A stretch of DNA of 64,000 nt from an uncultured bacterium (GCA_963768305.1 CAVYHE010000003.1:224001-288000), one strand, 5' to 3'. Positions 44,399-54,885 are shown, counted from the first letter of the stretch. A program made the numbers and translations. Notes: generated from the letters alone by a model not told the origin.

Positions 44399-45448
44399 TT
44401 AATTGAATATTTCGTCGATCATTGCCAAGAACATGTTCTTTGATACGGGGTTCATCTTCAGCTGTTCGATCACCTCTTTCGCTTTTTTTATCAGGCCGTC
44501 AATGCCAGCTTGAATATTTGCCTTCACGTTGCTTTTCAGGAATATCTGTTTCATCTTGACCTGTTCTTTTTTCCCGATATTTTGTGAACGCAGCATAGCA
44601 TCGATCTCTTTCCTCACTTTGGAGTTCGAATTCCCGTAAGCCAGACGGACAAGGAAAGTCTTTTTGGATTCCTTAAGGTCGGTGAACCCGGGTTTTCCCG
44701 TGTTATTGTCGCTGCAGAACACGTCGATCATATCATCATGAAGCTGAAATGCGCAGCCCAGGAGCTTCCCTGCGGAGGAAAGCATGCCTTTTTCGTTCTC
44801 TGTAGTGTCGGCAAGCGCCGCTCCCATCAGAAGCGGCGTCGTGAAAGTGTAATTACCCGTCTTCTGATCATAAACTTTCAGGATATCGTTAAGCGAGATG
44901 CCCGAGATATCTCTGGCTCCGTACCTCAGCTCGTTTATTTCGCCGCATCCCGTGTATGACGCGGAAGAAAGCAGGTGATGCAGGGCTTTTTCTTTGCGCG
45001 CGGGATCCACTTTTATGGAAAGGAACGCCTTAACGCCCAGCGCGAACATTATGTCGCCGATTATCATCGCGACATCCCTCCCTTCGAATCTGGCGTCCGA
45101 GCCGCGGATCTCTTTTTCGATCATTTTGTGGAGAGTGGGTTTCCCTCTCCTGGAGCCGGAGCGGTCCACTATGTCGTCATGCGCAAGGATGAAAGATTGG
45201 ATAAGCTCAAAGCTTATCGCGGAAGACAGATAATCCGGAGCGGGTTTTTCACTGTATCCGAGATAGCTGATTATGAAAAGCAGGGAGCGGATCCTTTTAC
45301 CTTCCCTCAGTGAATATTCCTTAAAATGTTTATAAACATACGGCGAAGCCCGGCCCAGCCAATACTCTTTCCCAAGACTTTTGATATACCTTCCCAACTC
45401 CCTGTTAATTTTAGCCCTGAATTGCCGAAGTTCGGTTTTTCCGCCCAC
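44399..45448 (-). CDS. Polyprenyl diphosphate synthase (short-chain, type I GGPPS-like)
   Basis: GKRIR, FILAHDDIVD..RRG (FARM), KTG, FQLHDDMID (SARM). Confidence 0.85.
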   Translation of the reverse strand: MGGKTELRQFRAKINRELGRYIKSLGKEYWLGRASPYVYKHFKEYSLREGKRIRSLLFIISYLGYSEKPAPDYLSSAISFELIQSFILAHDDIVDRSGSRRGKPTLHKMIEKEIRGSDARFEGRDVAMIIGDIMFALGVKAFLSIKVDPARKEKALHHLLSSASYTGCGEINELRYGARDISGISLNDILKVYDQKTGNYTFTTPLLMGAALADTTENEKGMLSSAGKLLGCAFQLHDDMIDVFCSDNNTGKPGFTDLKESKKTFLVRLAYGNSNSKVRKEIDAMLRSQNIGKKEQVKMKQIFLKSNVKANIQAGIDGLIKKAKEVIEQLKMNPVSKNMFLAMIDEIFN

Positions 45449-45451
45449 ACT

Positions 45452-46342
45452 TCATCCTATCAGGAAAGATATAAGGTATATAGCGCCAAAAGCCAGATGC
45501 AGTTTCGCGGTGCTGATGTCTAGAGAAACAAGTTTTTTCACGTCACCGCCGAACGCGATCCTGATAAGTCCGAATGCGATCGGCAAAGTTAAGACGACCA
45601 GAAGGGACGACACAGGGATCATTTTAAAGAACGACATGAGAGCGACAGAGAAATAAGGGAGCGCGATGAGCGAAAGATACATTGATTTCGTTCTTTCCTG
45701 CCCCAATATCGTCGCTATGGTCCGGATCCCGGCTGACCGGTCATGATGGACATCGCGGAGATTATTCCCGTTGAGGATCGCGGTCACGAGCAATCCGACG
45801 GGAATGCACGCATAGACGACAGAGTTCACCGGCATTCCCGTGAGAGCGAGGAATGCCCCTGCAGACATAAGCGGTCCCATAAGAATAAATACCATCGGCT
45901 CGCCAAGAGCGTAATATTTCCAGTAGAAAGGCCAGCCCGTATAAGCATAAGCGCCAAAGATCCCGATCAATATTATCGTAAACATTAAAGGACCTCTCAA
46001 ATAGACAAAATACGCGCCTAATGCGGCAGCAAGGAAATAAAATGCAAAAGAAACGTTCAGAATGGCCGCCGGCGTCAGCAACTTCTCAAAAATGACGCGA
46101 CTGGAGCCGAGAGAATCTTCCTTATCAACTTTATTCTTATGGTCAAAATACTCGTTGGTCAGGCAGGTAGCCGAGTTCAAGCATAGCCCGCCTACGATAG
46201 CGAGCGGAAGAAGTTTCCAGTCGACAGGAATGTCCCGATATTGCGCGTAAACTGCAGCTAGTAGAATGGGAACGAAAGTGCCGGTGAATGAAAAAGCGCG
46301 AACAGCTCGAAGCCAGGTGATAATGTGGTTTTGTTTCTTCAA
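45452..46342 (-). CDS. menA: MenA-like UbiA-family prenyltransferase
   Basis: NEYFDHKNKVD, AYT..KYYALGE, NNLRDVHHD..GIRT. Confidence 0.75.
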   Translation of the reverse strand: MKKQNHIITWLRAVRAFSFTGTFVPILLAAVYAQYRDIPVDWKLLPLAIVGGLCLNSATCLTNEYFDHKNKVDKEDSLGSSRVIFEKLLTPAAILNVSFAFYFLAAALGAYFVYLRGPLMFTIILIGIFGAYAYTGWPFYWKYYALGEPMVFILMGPLMSAGAFLALTGMPVNSVVYACIPVGLLVTAILNGNNLRDVHHDRSAGIRTIATILGQERTKSMYLSLIALPYFSVALMSFFKMIPVSSLLVVLTLPIAFGLIRIAFGGDVKKLVSLDISTAKLHLAFGAIYLISFLIG

Positions 46343-46748
46343 TTTACGATCAATTTACCGCGCATTCCCATATGGCCAAGTCCGCAAAAAACGGAGCAGT
46401 AATAATCGTAAGTGCCAGTTGTATCAGGCGTAAAATCAATGATAGTATCTTTGCCTTTTGCGACGCTGGCATTGATCTTGAACGCGTCTATCGCGAAGCC
46501 GTGGGTGACATCCTGGGATGAAAGAATGATCCTGACAGGGATCCCTTTTTCACCGCGACCGAACTTGGGTTAAATTCATATTGCTTGGCTGATATTTCGA
46601 TCACTTGGATATTGTTCGCATTGACAGGAACGTTTTCCGGGTCAACCATCAGCGGCGAACTCATGGAGAAAGCAGGCGATATCATCATTATCATCACGGC
46701 TATAATAAATAAAGCATGTTTCTTTGTCATAGGGGATATATTTTCCAA
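46339..46748 (-). CDS. Secreted cupredoxin with CuA (COX2-like) centre; frameshift near 46545
   Basis: Signal peptide; ISAKQYEFNP...SQDVTHGF...GTYDYYCSVFCGLGHMGMRGKLIVN* read across a frameshift at the T-run. Confidence 0.8.
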
Positions 46749-46804
46749 TGGGAGGAGTATGTTGTCAAGCTAAAAAACTGGTTTTAAGGTATAATTGCAA
46801 TGTC

Positions 46805-47860
46805 ATGCTGGACAGAAAAAGGACAAAGATCATATCCATCGGCAATGTTCGCATAGGCGGCGGAAATCCCATTGCCATCCAGTCCATGACGAAGACCTTC
46901 ACCCACGATGTTAAAGCGACCATTAAACAGATCAAAAAGCTTCAGGACGCCGGCTGCCGGATCATTCGATGTGCCGTGCCTGAGGATGAAGACGCTGTAG
47001 CCATCAAGGAGATCAAAAGGCATATCGATATCCCGCTTGTTGCAGATATCCACTTTAATTATCGGCTGGCTCTTGCCGCCATCGATGCCGGTGCCGATAA
47101 GATAAGGATAAATCCCGGGAATATCGGGGGCGAAGAAAAATTAAAACTGGTCGTTGCGGCTTGTAAAGATAAGGGCATCCCGATAAGGATAGGGGTCAAT
47201 TCCGGCTCGCTTGAAAAAGATATATTGAAAAAATACAAGCATCCGACAGCAGAGGCATTGGTTGAATCGGCGCTCCGGAATATCGCGATATTGGAGAAGC
47301 TAAGATTTCGAGAGATCGTGGTCTCGATAAAATCATCCAGCGTTCCGACCACGATCGATGCATACCGCAAGCTTTCAAAAAAGATCGATTATCCGCTCCA
47401 TATCGGGGTCACGGAGGCAGGGATCGGGACGACAGGAGCTATTAGATCTTCCGTCGGGATCGGCGCTCTTCTTTCCGAGGGCATAGGCGACACTATCAGG
47501 GTGTCGCTGACGGGCGATCCGGTTTCTGAGGTCATTGTGGCAAAAGAAATATTGCGGTCGCTTGAGATCGAGAAATCCGGCGCATTCATCATTTCATGCC
47601 CGACATGCGGCAGATGCGAAATGGATATCGAAAAGATCGCCAAAGAAGTTGAAAATAGAACTAAAGGGGTTAAAAAACCCGTAAAAATTGCTATAATGGG
47701 TTGTACGGTGAACGGCCCCGGCGAAGCTGCCGATGCAGATGTAGGAGTTGCCTGCGGCAGGGGAGGGGCTTTGATATTCAGGAAAGGCAGGATCGTGAAA
47801 AAGGTTCGCGAGCGGGATATTGTTAAAGGATTACTTAATGAGGTGAAAAAAATAAAATGA
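46805..47860 (+). CDS. ispG: (E)-4-hydroxy-3-methylbut-2-enyl-diphosphate synthase
   Basis: QSMT, ADIHF, RINPGN, HIGVTEAG, CPTCGR, MGCTVNGPGE. Confidence 0.95.
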   Translation: MLDRKRTKIISIGNVRIGGGNPIAIQSMTKTFTHDVKATIKQIKKLQDAGCRIIRCAVPEDEDAVAIKEIKRHIDIPLVADIHFNYRLALAAIDAGADKIRINPGNIGGEEKLKLVVAACKDKGIPIRIGVNSGSLEKDILKKYKHPTAEALVESALRNIAILEKLRFREIVVSIKSSSVPTTIDAYRKLSKKIDYPLHIGVTEAGIGTTGAIRSSVGIGALLSEGIGDTIRVSLTGDPVSEVIVAKEILRSLEIEKSGAFIISCPTCGRCEMDIEKIAKEVENRTKGVKKPVKIAIMGCTVNGPGEAADADVGVACGRGGALIFRKGRIVKKVRERDIVKGLLNEVKKIK

Positions 47861-49149
47861 TAGACCGATATTCCCTTGAAAAAATGAAATCCATCTGGAG
47901 CGAAGAAAATAAATTCAGGAAATGGCTGGAAGTGGAGCTTGCGGCGTGCGAGGCATGGAAAGTGCTTGGCAAAATACCCGAAACTTCGCTCAGGAAAATA
48001 AAGAAGAACGCCAAGTTCTCAATTAAGAGGATCAATGAGATCGAAAAGACCACCGACCACGATGTGATAGCATTCCTTACCAGTGTTGCCGAATACGTCG
48101 GCCCGGATTCCAGGTTCATCCACATGGGAATGACATCGTCCGACGTTGTTGATACGTCACTTGTCATTATTGATGAAGGAAGCCGCCCGGCTTATTATTG
48201 CCGATATCGGCGACCTTATAAGGGCGCTGAAAGCAAAAGCAAAACTGTACAAACGCACGCCCATGATAGGAAGAAGCCACGGCATCCACGCGGAGCCTAT
48301 TACATTCGGCCTGAAAATGGCGCTTTATTATGAGGAAATGAAAAGGAACCTTGAGCGGATGAAGAACGCCATGGAAACCGTCAGCGTCGGGAAATTTTCT
48401 GGGGCTGTCGGGACATATTCGAACATCGAGCCGAAAGTGGAGGAGATAGCCTGCAGGAAACTGGGGCTTAAGAGGGCCGAGGTCTCGACCCAGGTGATCC
48501 AGAGGGACAGGCACGCGGAATATCTTACTACGCATCGCGATAGTCGCGGCCTCGCTGGAAAAGATCGCGACCGAGATAAGGAACCTGCAGAGGACCGAGC
48601 TGCAGGAAGCCGAAGAGCCGTTCAAGCGCGGACAGAAAGGCTCATCAGCGATGCCGCATAAAAGGAACCCCATTACCTGCGAAAGGATAACCGGGCTTGC
48701 GAGGGTCCTGAGGGCGAACGCGCTTGTTTCCATGGAGAACGTCGCACTGTGGCATGAAAGGGACATAACGCATTCTTCCGCCGAAAGGATAATCATTCCG
48801 GACAGCTCCATCCTGATCGATTACATGCTCCAAACGATGACCAGGATCATAGATAATCTGGTCGTCTATCCGGACAACATGCTGAAGAACATCGACAGAA
48901 CGCAAGGGCTGATCTTTTCCCAAAGGCTTTTGCTGATGCTGGTCGAACAAGGGGCTCACAAGAGAAGAAGCGTACGAAATAGTCCAGTCGAATGCGATGA
49001 AGGCAAGAGGAAGGCGCTCGCTCCTGGAAGAGGTCCTGGCGGACCCGAAAGTGAAGAAACATATGTCAAAAAAAGAGATCGAATCCGCCTTCGACATAAA
49101 TTATTATCTGCGCAATATTGACGATATATTCAAGAGGAACGGCATATGA
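47857..49149 (+). CDS. purB: Adenylosuccinate lyase (several apparent indels)
   Basis: [40 protein letters not shown]. Confidence 0.92.
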
Positions 49150-49397
49150 TGTTCAACGCGAAAGTGACCGTGAGGCTGAAAAAAGGCCTTCTGGATCCTC
49201 AGGGGACCGCGATCAACGGCGCTTTGAATTCGCTTGGTTTTGCGGGCGTAAAGGAAGTTAAGGTCGGGAAATTCATCGAAATATTCATTGATGCGAAAAA
49301 TGAAGCTGATGCAAGAAAAAAAGCCGATGAAATGGGGAAAAAGCTGCTTGCGAACCCCGTTATCGAGGTCTACACCGTGGAAATAGGGGCCGCGTAA
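49146..49397 (+). CDS. purS: FGAM synthase subunit PurS
   Basis: LKKGLLDPQG, VGK, LLANPVIE. Confidence 0.92.
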   Translation: MMFNAKVTVRLKKGLLDPQGTAINGALNSLGFAGVKEVKVGKFIEIFIDAKNEADARKKADEMGKKLLANPVIEVYTVEIGAA

Positions 49398-49399
49398 AA

Positions 49400-50087
49400 A
49401 TGCGTTTTGGCGTTGTCACTTTTCCCGGATCTAACTGCGACTACGACTGCTACAATGCCGTAAAAAGGGTCTTGAAAGAGCCGGTCGAATTCATCTGGCA
49501 TGCGGATACGACGCTTCATAAATTCGACTGCATCATAATTCCCGGCGGTTTTTCATACGGCGATTATTTAAGGACCGGCGCCATTGCGCATTTCGCCAAT
49601 ATAATGGGAGCGGTCAAGAGATTTGGCGGCAAAAGGCGGCCTGGTGATAGGGATCTGCAACGGTTTTCAGATCCTTACCGAAGCGGGAATGCTTCCCGGC
49701 GCCCTTCAGAGGAATAAAAGCCTTCAGTTCATATGCAAGAACATCCATTTGACGTGCGAGAACAACAAGACCCCGTTCACTTCAAAGCTGAAAAAAGGGC
49801 AGATTTTAAGGATCCCGATAGCTCACGGAGAGGGCAATTATACGGCCGACAAGGAAACATTGAAGGAACTGGCCAAGAATAAGCAGATCATCTTCAAATA
49901 TTGCGATGAAAAGGGGAGGGTGACAGAAAATTCCAATCCCAACGGTTCCATGCTCAATATTGCCGGGATATGCAATAAAAAGCGCAATATTCTGGGAATG
50001 ATGCCTCATCCGGAGCGATGCTCCGAGGCTATTCTGGGCGGCATCGACGGTAAAAAGATCCTGGATTCGATTGTCCACAGCATTTAA
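49400..50087 (+). CDS. purQ: FGAM synthase glutaminase subunit; frameshift near 49622
   Basis: [37 protein letters not shown]. Confidence 0.93.
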
Positions 50088-50534
50088 TCCCTAAAATACC
50101 CAAAGTGACGATTCGCTGTGTCGAAATATTTCAAGTGCACCCTATTCATAACTTTTACCGCTATATCAACAAAAACTAAGCTATTTACCCCTCATTAAAC
50201 GCGATTAGCGCCCTTTTATTCCGGTTTCCGGTATAAATATGCCTAAGTATGCTGCTAAAATGCTAAAACCGGAGCTATTTTTGCCAATTCTCATGGGTAT
50301 AGGCTGGCAATAGAGTCCCAAAAACACTAAAGTGCGCTTGTGTAACCCTCAAATAGGGCACTTAAATTGGTGAAACATGGTCAATTTCAGAGGAAACTTG
50401 GCATACGGAATGAATAAGATCGTGAGTAAATACATCTAAATGATCATCACCAAGCATAGATCCAGTTAAACATCATTAAAATGGATGGCAACGCAAATAG
50501 ATACCGCTACCAACTGGTATTTTGAACATATTTA

Positions 50535-50562
50535 ACTTGACATAAGATATATTATGCGACGT
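50535..50562 (-). other. XerCD dif-like recombination site
   Basis: Minus strand ACGTCGCATAA-TATATC-TTATGTCAAGT, 11-6-11 layout like E. coli GGTGCGCATAA-TGTATA-TTATGTTAAAT; between convergent operons. Confidence 0.75.
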
Positions 50563-50619
50563 TAGCCATGAGAGACAACAGTGATCATTAGGCAAAGTTA
50601 ATGTAGTTATAGTATGATT

Positions 50620-51705
50620 TTAAGGCGTATAGGGTTCGAAAGTAGGAGGAAATATCGAGCTGTAATAATAATAATCATTATTCTCATTATTCATTGCTGC
50701 TTCGAAGGAAGCCAGGCAAACCGGAGAAGTGCCCGAAGAGTCCACTGTCCAATCACTTTCAGTGGAAGCTTGTCCTGTTTTATTTATATTGAACCATACG
50801 TACAATTTGATATTTGTCCATTGGTGCTCGATATCATAGAATACTTTGCTTATCCATTCTGGTTTGGTAGTAGCATCAAAAGTTCCACACGCCATCTCCC
50901 CTATCATCATGGGTTTATTGGGATATAAGCTTTCAAGCGTGGAGTATATGGTTGAAAATTGTTTAGTGGGATCGTTGTCAGAAGATGAAATCCCGGCATA
51001 CCCGTCAAAACCCACCCAATCAACATAGTTATCTCCGGGATAATATTTTTCAGGGGCATTCCACGGCTCATCGGGGACACTGATACGGTTAACGCACCAT
51101 ACCCAGTTCACATTGGTGGCTCCGGCATTATTGAAAATGTCATGTACATGTTTCCAGGCGTTGATATATTTGTTTGTCGCGGCCTCATCGCTGCCATTTC
51201 TCGATCCGCTCCACGTATACCAATTACCGTTCATTTCATGGCCGAATCTGATAAAAATCGGTTTTCCATATGATACTGTGTTGGCAGCAAAGGGGATAAT
51301 ATAAACATCTTCGTTGCCGTTAATAATGTTATCGAGAGAACCAGGAGGCTGCCAGGTGATCATCGGGATGCTTCCGCGTTTTCTTATCATGTCACAAGCG
51401 TCTCTGAGCGGGTCCTGTTCCGAAAAAGCTTCGCCCCAATTAATAAAAAGCATCACAACAGAGACTTCCCTGGATATCTTAGATTCATACAGATCAACCT
51501 CTTGGGTTGTCAGCGCGGGGTCGTTAGCAAGGAAAACACCTATTCCGCAGCCGTCATAATGTCCCGAGATCTTTTGCGAGAACAGATCCGCGGCCGCGCC
51601 CGAGCTTGTCGGCGCTTGCTGGCATCCCGTCAGATAGAATAAGAGAACAATGATGCCTGCAAAATAAATCGACCTTTTTATCATCAGATCATTTATTGAG
51701 CGCAT
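50620..51705 (-). CDS. GH26 (beta-mannanase-like) lipoprotein
   Basis: Lipobox YLTGC; IRFGHEMNGNW, YYPGDNYVDWVGFDGY, PMMIGE. Confidence 0.85.
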   Translation of the reverse strand: MRSINDLMIKRSIYFAGIIVLLFYLTGCQQAPTSSGAAADLFSQKISGHYDGCGIGVFLANDPALTTQEVDLYESKISREVSVVMLFINWGEAFSEQDPLRDACDMIRKRGSIPMITWQPPGSLDNIINGNEDVYIIPFAANTVSYGKPIFIRFGHEMNGNWYTWSGSRNGSDEAATNKYINAWKHVHDIFNNAGATNVNWVWCVNRISVPDEPWNAPEKYYPGDNYVDWVGFDGYAGISSSDNDPTKQFSTIYSTLESLYPNKPMMIGEMACGTFDATTKPEWISKVFYDIEHQWTNIKLYVWFNINKTGQASTESDWTVDSSGTSPVCLASFEAAMNNENNDYYYYSSIFPPTFEPYTP

Positions 51706-52336
51706 CTACAACCTCCGACGCGAACTCGTCCGAATACCTGTAAAGATCAACAGTTATAAAGTTTTTGTCAACAACGATATCCTTTTCCACATAATTTATG
51801 CCCATTTTTTTGAGTTCTCTCGCCATCGACGGGTTTATGGTGACCTTAACGTCCTTTAAAAGTCCCCATTTGGCCAGAAAATACGGAATATTGTCCATCG
51901 CGCATATCAGCCGGCCTTTATCCTTGAATTCCTTCGCTTTTTCGATTAAAACCGGGTTTTCATAGAATTTCTTAGATAAATAGCCGCCAACAAAGACAAC
52001 AGCTTCATATTTATCCGTATTTATTTGGTCCACGGTGAGATTCGGCCTCACTTTTATGGCATCGGTCCCGAGGGCCGGTTCAGTGGTGGATTCCGAAGCG
52101 ACTTCCACCGTGTACCCTGCCCTGCTGATGACTATTTTTGGGATGGTGTATTCATCATCAACGAAATTAAATTGCGGGATAATAAAAAGTACATATCCGG
52201 TCCTGGCCGGCTTAACTTCCATAGAGGGCGCATTTTCCGTTGTTTCAATAGTGTCGCAAAAGACTGGAACGCAGAAAAGGATCGATATGCAAAGCAATAG
52301 AAATGTTCTTTTCAAAAGAAGCCCCCCAACATTCAA
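51689..52336 (-). CDS. DJ-1/PfpI family protein, probably exported
   Basis: N-terminal hydrophobic segment; FVDDEY, AVVFVGG; ICAMD at the usual catalytic-Cys position. Confidence 0.75.
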   Translation of the reverse strand: MNVGGLLLKRTFLLLCISILFCVPVFCDTIETTENAPSMEVKPARTGYVLFIIPQFNFVDDEYTIPKIVISRAGYTVEVASESTTEPALGTDAIKVRPNLTVDQINTDKYEAVVFVGGYLSKKFYENPVLIEKAKEFKDKGRLICAMDNIPYFLAKWGLLKDVKVTINPSMARELKKMGINYVEKDIVVDKNFITVDLYRYSDEFASEVVDALNK

Positions 52337-52358
52337 TTATTATATCTTAAACAGGAGA

Positions 52359-54062
52359 TCATAGCCATCTGCTCGGCACAAGTTCGAAAGAGAAATTGAA
52401 TTCAGACCTTAATTTGTCAACATCCCTTTTAAGGATGTAACTGAAAATGAGGTTGTAACAATGCATCCCGAGCAGCAGTTCATAATCCACCTTGAAAAGG
52501 TCCCAGCTGGGCAGTTCATATGAAGCCTTCATCGAAAGATACGACCACCAGGCATTCATCTTTACGCTGCCCGTGAACGTATCATAAGGCGAATACCAGT
52601 ATCCCTCGAACAGATATGGCGAAAATCCCTCCTGATTTATATAATGCGAATGGGCGTAAGTCAAGGTCAGGCGGTCGAAATACTTTTGTTCGAGCGCCAG
52701 CTTTTGTTCCGCCCTGTCCCATGACTCCGATGATCCGGTATCGCCGTTAAGATCGCCGTTAAGATCGCCGTAATGTGACGAAGCGGAGTCCACTCCCGCG
52801 TTGAATTTTCCAAGCCATCCCCAATTCGCGGAGTAAAGGATGTCCGCGTAATAATTTGTCATCGTGCCGGATGTGACATAACCCGTGGGGAGGGGCGATT
52901 CAGGTTCGGGGACCTCTTCCGAGACATTGGCCGTGCTTGCCTCCATGTAATAAGTGAAAGGTTCCCCGAGCAGCGGAAGAGGTTGCCTGTTGGACCTGAT
53001 CGTGACTTTGGGCGTATAGCTGACCCTTGTGAAGGGTCCTTCATTCGCGTCCAGGTGGGGCCTTTCCCTGAGCGAATCCAGCAGCTCGAGTTCATAAGCA
53101 TATTTTCCGCCGGGCTTATAGAATTCATAAACAAGCGAATCTTCATCGAATTTTGAGAGCAATTTTGGTCCCAGCGAAATGAAATGCGTCCATCCGCCAT
53201 AACCGCCTTCCATTTCATCGCTCCCGATCCGCAGCTCACCCTCCATCCTGTCGTTAAGAATGTAATTCGCGGCAAGCGATCCCCCAAAATGGTTGTTTCC
53301 CGAGTAGCTGAGGAGAGTTTTTGCGTATGACCTTGGAGTGAAATACCAGTTAAAGCCCTGCTTGATAAAGGTCCCGTCCACCGGGTTAGCCCCGATCTCC
53401 GGGACAGGCTGCTGAATATTGGCCTCTTCCTTTTTTGCCTGGCCTTCTTCCGATAATTTCTTCGCTTTTGCTTTTTTGTCCGCATTCGCGAATTTGTCCT
53501 TCGGGACAGAAGCCGAATACACGAAAGTAGGAACGGGTATCACAGGCGCGATCCACACCCATGTTGTGGCATAATACGCGACTATCAGTCCCGTCTCCGG
53601 ATACAGGGTCACCTGTTGCGCGGAAATATGATAATGTTGTGACTGCGGCTGGTTGCTGCATCCCGTGAAATATCCGTCGTATATCTCGAATTTATCGGTA
53701 TCAAGGGTCATGTACCGGCCGCCGAGAAAAGTCTCACCGAAATCTATCCGCACTCTTTCCGCGTTGCCCGTATTTTTCCAGTAATAGTATTCCATGGAAC
53801 TGCCGGAGATGCTGTAACCTTCTTTCTTGAATATGAACTGATCCATCGCAGAGATCTTCTCATCCTTGAAATATCTGATGACATACGGAGACTCTATCCG
53901 GAAGTCGGGCCCTTTTACGACGACATGGCCTTTTGCTATAAGAACATCGCGGTATTTATCATAATGCGTGTAATCAGCGGTTATCTTGATATTTTGCGCA
54001 TAGCAATACCCGCAGCATACTATGATAAGGCAGACAAATAATGATAGCTTTTTCAAGTCCAC
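52359..54062 (-). CDS. LptD-like outer-membrane LPS assembly protein
   Basis: Signal peptide, ITAD jellyroll start, FTGC...HYHISA, C-terminal beta-strands (HCY, FSFEL); next to mlaD. Confidence 0.6.
   Translation of the reverse strand: MDLKKLSLFVCLIIVCCGYCYAQNIKITADYTHYDKYRDVLIAKGHVVVKGPDFRIESPYVIRYFKDEKISAMDQFIFKKEGYSISGSSMEYYYWKNTGNAERVRIDFGETFLGGRYMTLDTDKFEIYDGYFTGCSNQPQSQHYHISAQQVTLYPETGLIVAYYATTWVWIAPVIPVPTFVYSASVPKDKFANADKKAKAKKLSEEGQAKKEEANIQQPVPEIGANPVDGTFIKQGFNWYFTPRSYAKTLLSYSGNNHFGGSLAANYILNDRMEGELRIGSDEMEGGYGGWTHFISLGPKLLSKFDEDSLVYEFYKPGGKYAYELELLDSLRERPHLDANEGPFTRVSYTPKVTIRSNRQPLPLLGEPFTYYMEASTANVSEEVPEPESPLPTGYVTSGTMTNYYADILYSANWGWLGKFNAGVDSASSHYGDLNGDLNGDTGSSESWDRAEQKLALEQKYFDRLTLTYAHSHYINQEGFSPYLFEGYWYSPYDTFTGSVKMNAWWSYLSMKASYELPSWDLFKVDYELLLGMHCYNLIFSYILKRDVDKLRSEFNFSFELVPSRWL
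52740..52772. repeat. 12-bp tandem repeat (about 2.8 copies) within lptD-like gene
   Basis: ATCGCCGTTAAG x2 + ATCGCCGTA, encoding GDLNGDLNGD. Confidence 0.8.
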
Positions 54063-54065
54063 AAT

Positions 54066-54866
54066 TTATTTAGAGTACCTTCTGAGCACCTTGCTTGCAT
54101 CCGATGACGCTTGCCTTAATTCATTGAATGCGTCTTTCGCGTTCTTTACGGTATCTTTCACGTTACCGATGAATTCGGGATCGCTTGTAAGTTTGTCCAG
54201 TGCCGATATTACGCCGTCCAGTTCTTTGCTGACCCTGTTAATGGTGTCCGAAGCGGTGCTCAGGCTTTTTATCAGGTCCCCGAAACCGCCCCTTGATATC
54301 GCATTAGAAAGTCCCGAAGTGATCTTGTTCAGCTCGGCGGTGGTTTTTTGCATATTGATCAAGGTATCTTTCGCCGCTTTTTGGACGACAGGATCGTCAG
54401 TTATCTTCCTAACCGATTGAAGGATCCTTTTGCTTTCTTCCAGGTTCTGCGTGCCGACATCGATGAAATCCACCATCCCGAGCGTGCTGAAACCGGGAAT
54501 TACGCTTTTATTCTTGAGCATGACCGTTGATACGCCCGGCATTATCTCCACGTATTTCTGGCCGATCAAACCGTCAAAAGCGACGCGAAGGGTGGAACCT
54601 TCCGGAACGTTAATGTTGGGCTGTATGATAAGATAAACCCTCACTTCCTCCGGGCTGGGTTCTATTCGGACGACCTTGCCTACCTGGTAACCGCGGTACC
54701 TGACCTCCGCTCCCGTCATGACCCCTCCCGCGTTGTCAAAGGACCCGATGATCTCATAACCTTTCGCTTTAAGGAAGATATCCCCTTTCCAGATTATCAT
54801 CGACGCAAGTATCATCATTGCCGCCAGCGCGATCATTCCGACCTTTGCCTGCAGGGATAATTTCAT
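54066..54866 (-). CDS. mlaD: MCE/MlaD family protein
   Basis: N-terminal TM, GAEVRYRGYQVGKV, GLIGQKYVEI, helical tail. Confidence 0.9.
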   Translation of the reverse strand: MKLSLQAKVGMIALAAMMILASMIIWKGDIFLKAKGYEIIGSFDNAGGVMTGAEVRYRGYQVGKVVRIEPSPEEVRVYLIIQPNINVPEGSTLRVAFDGLIGQKYVEIMPGVSTVMLKNKSVIPGFSTLGMVDFIDVGTQNLEESKRILQSVRKITDDPVVQKAAKDTLINMQKTTAELNKITSGLSNAISRGGFGDLIKSLSTASDTINRVSKELDGVISALDKLTSDPEFIGNVKDTVKNAKDAFNELRQASSDASKVLRRYSK

Positions 54867-54885
54867 TTACATTACCTCCTCGTTA

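Noticed and set aside
52859..53485. 208-aa alternate-frame ORF in the lptD-like gene
   Set aside because: Arg/Ser-rich off-frame translation with no protein signature.
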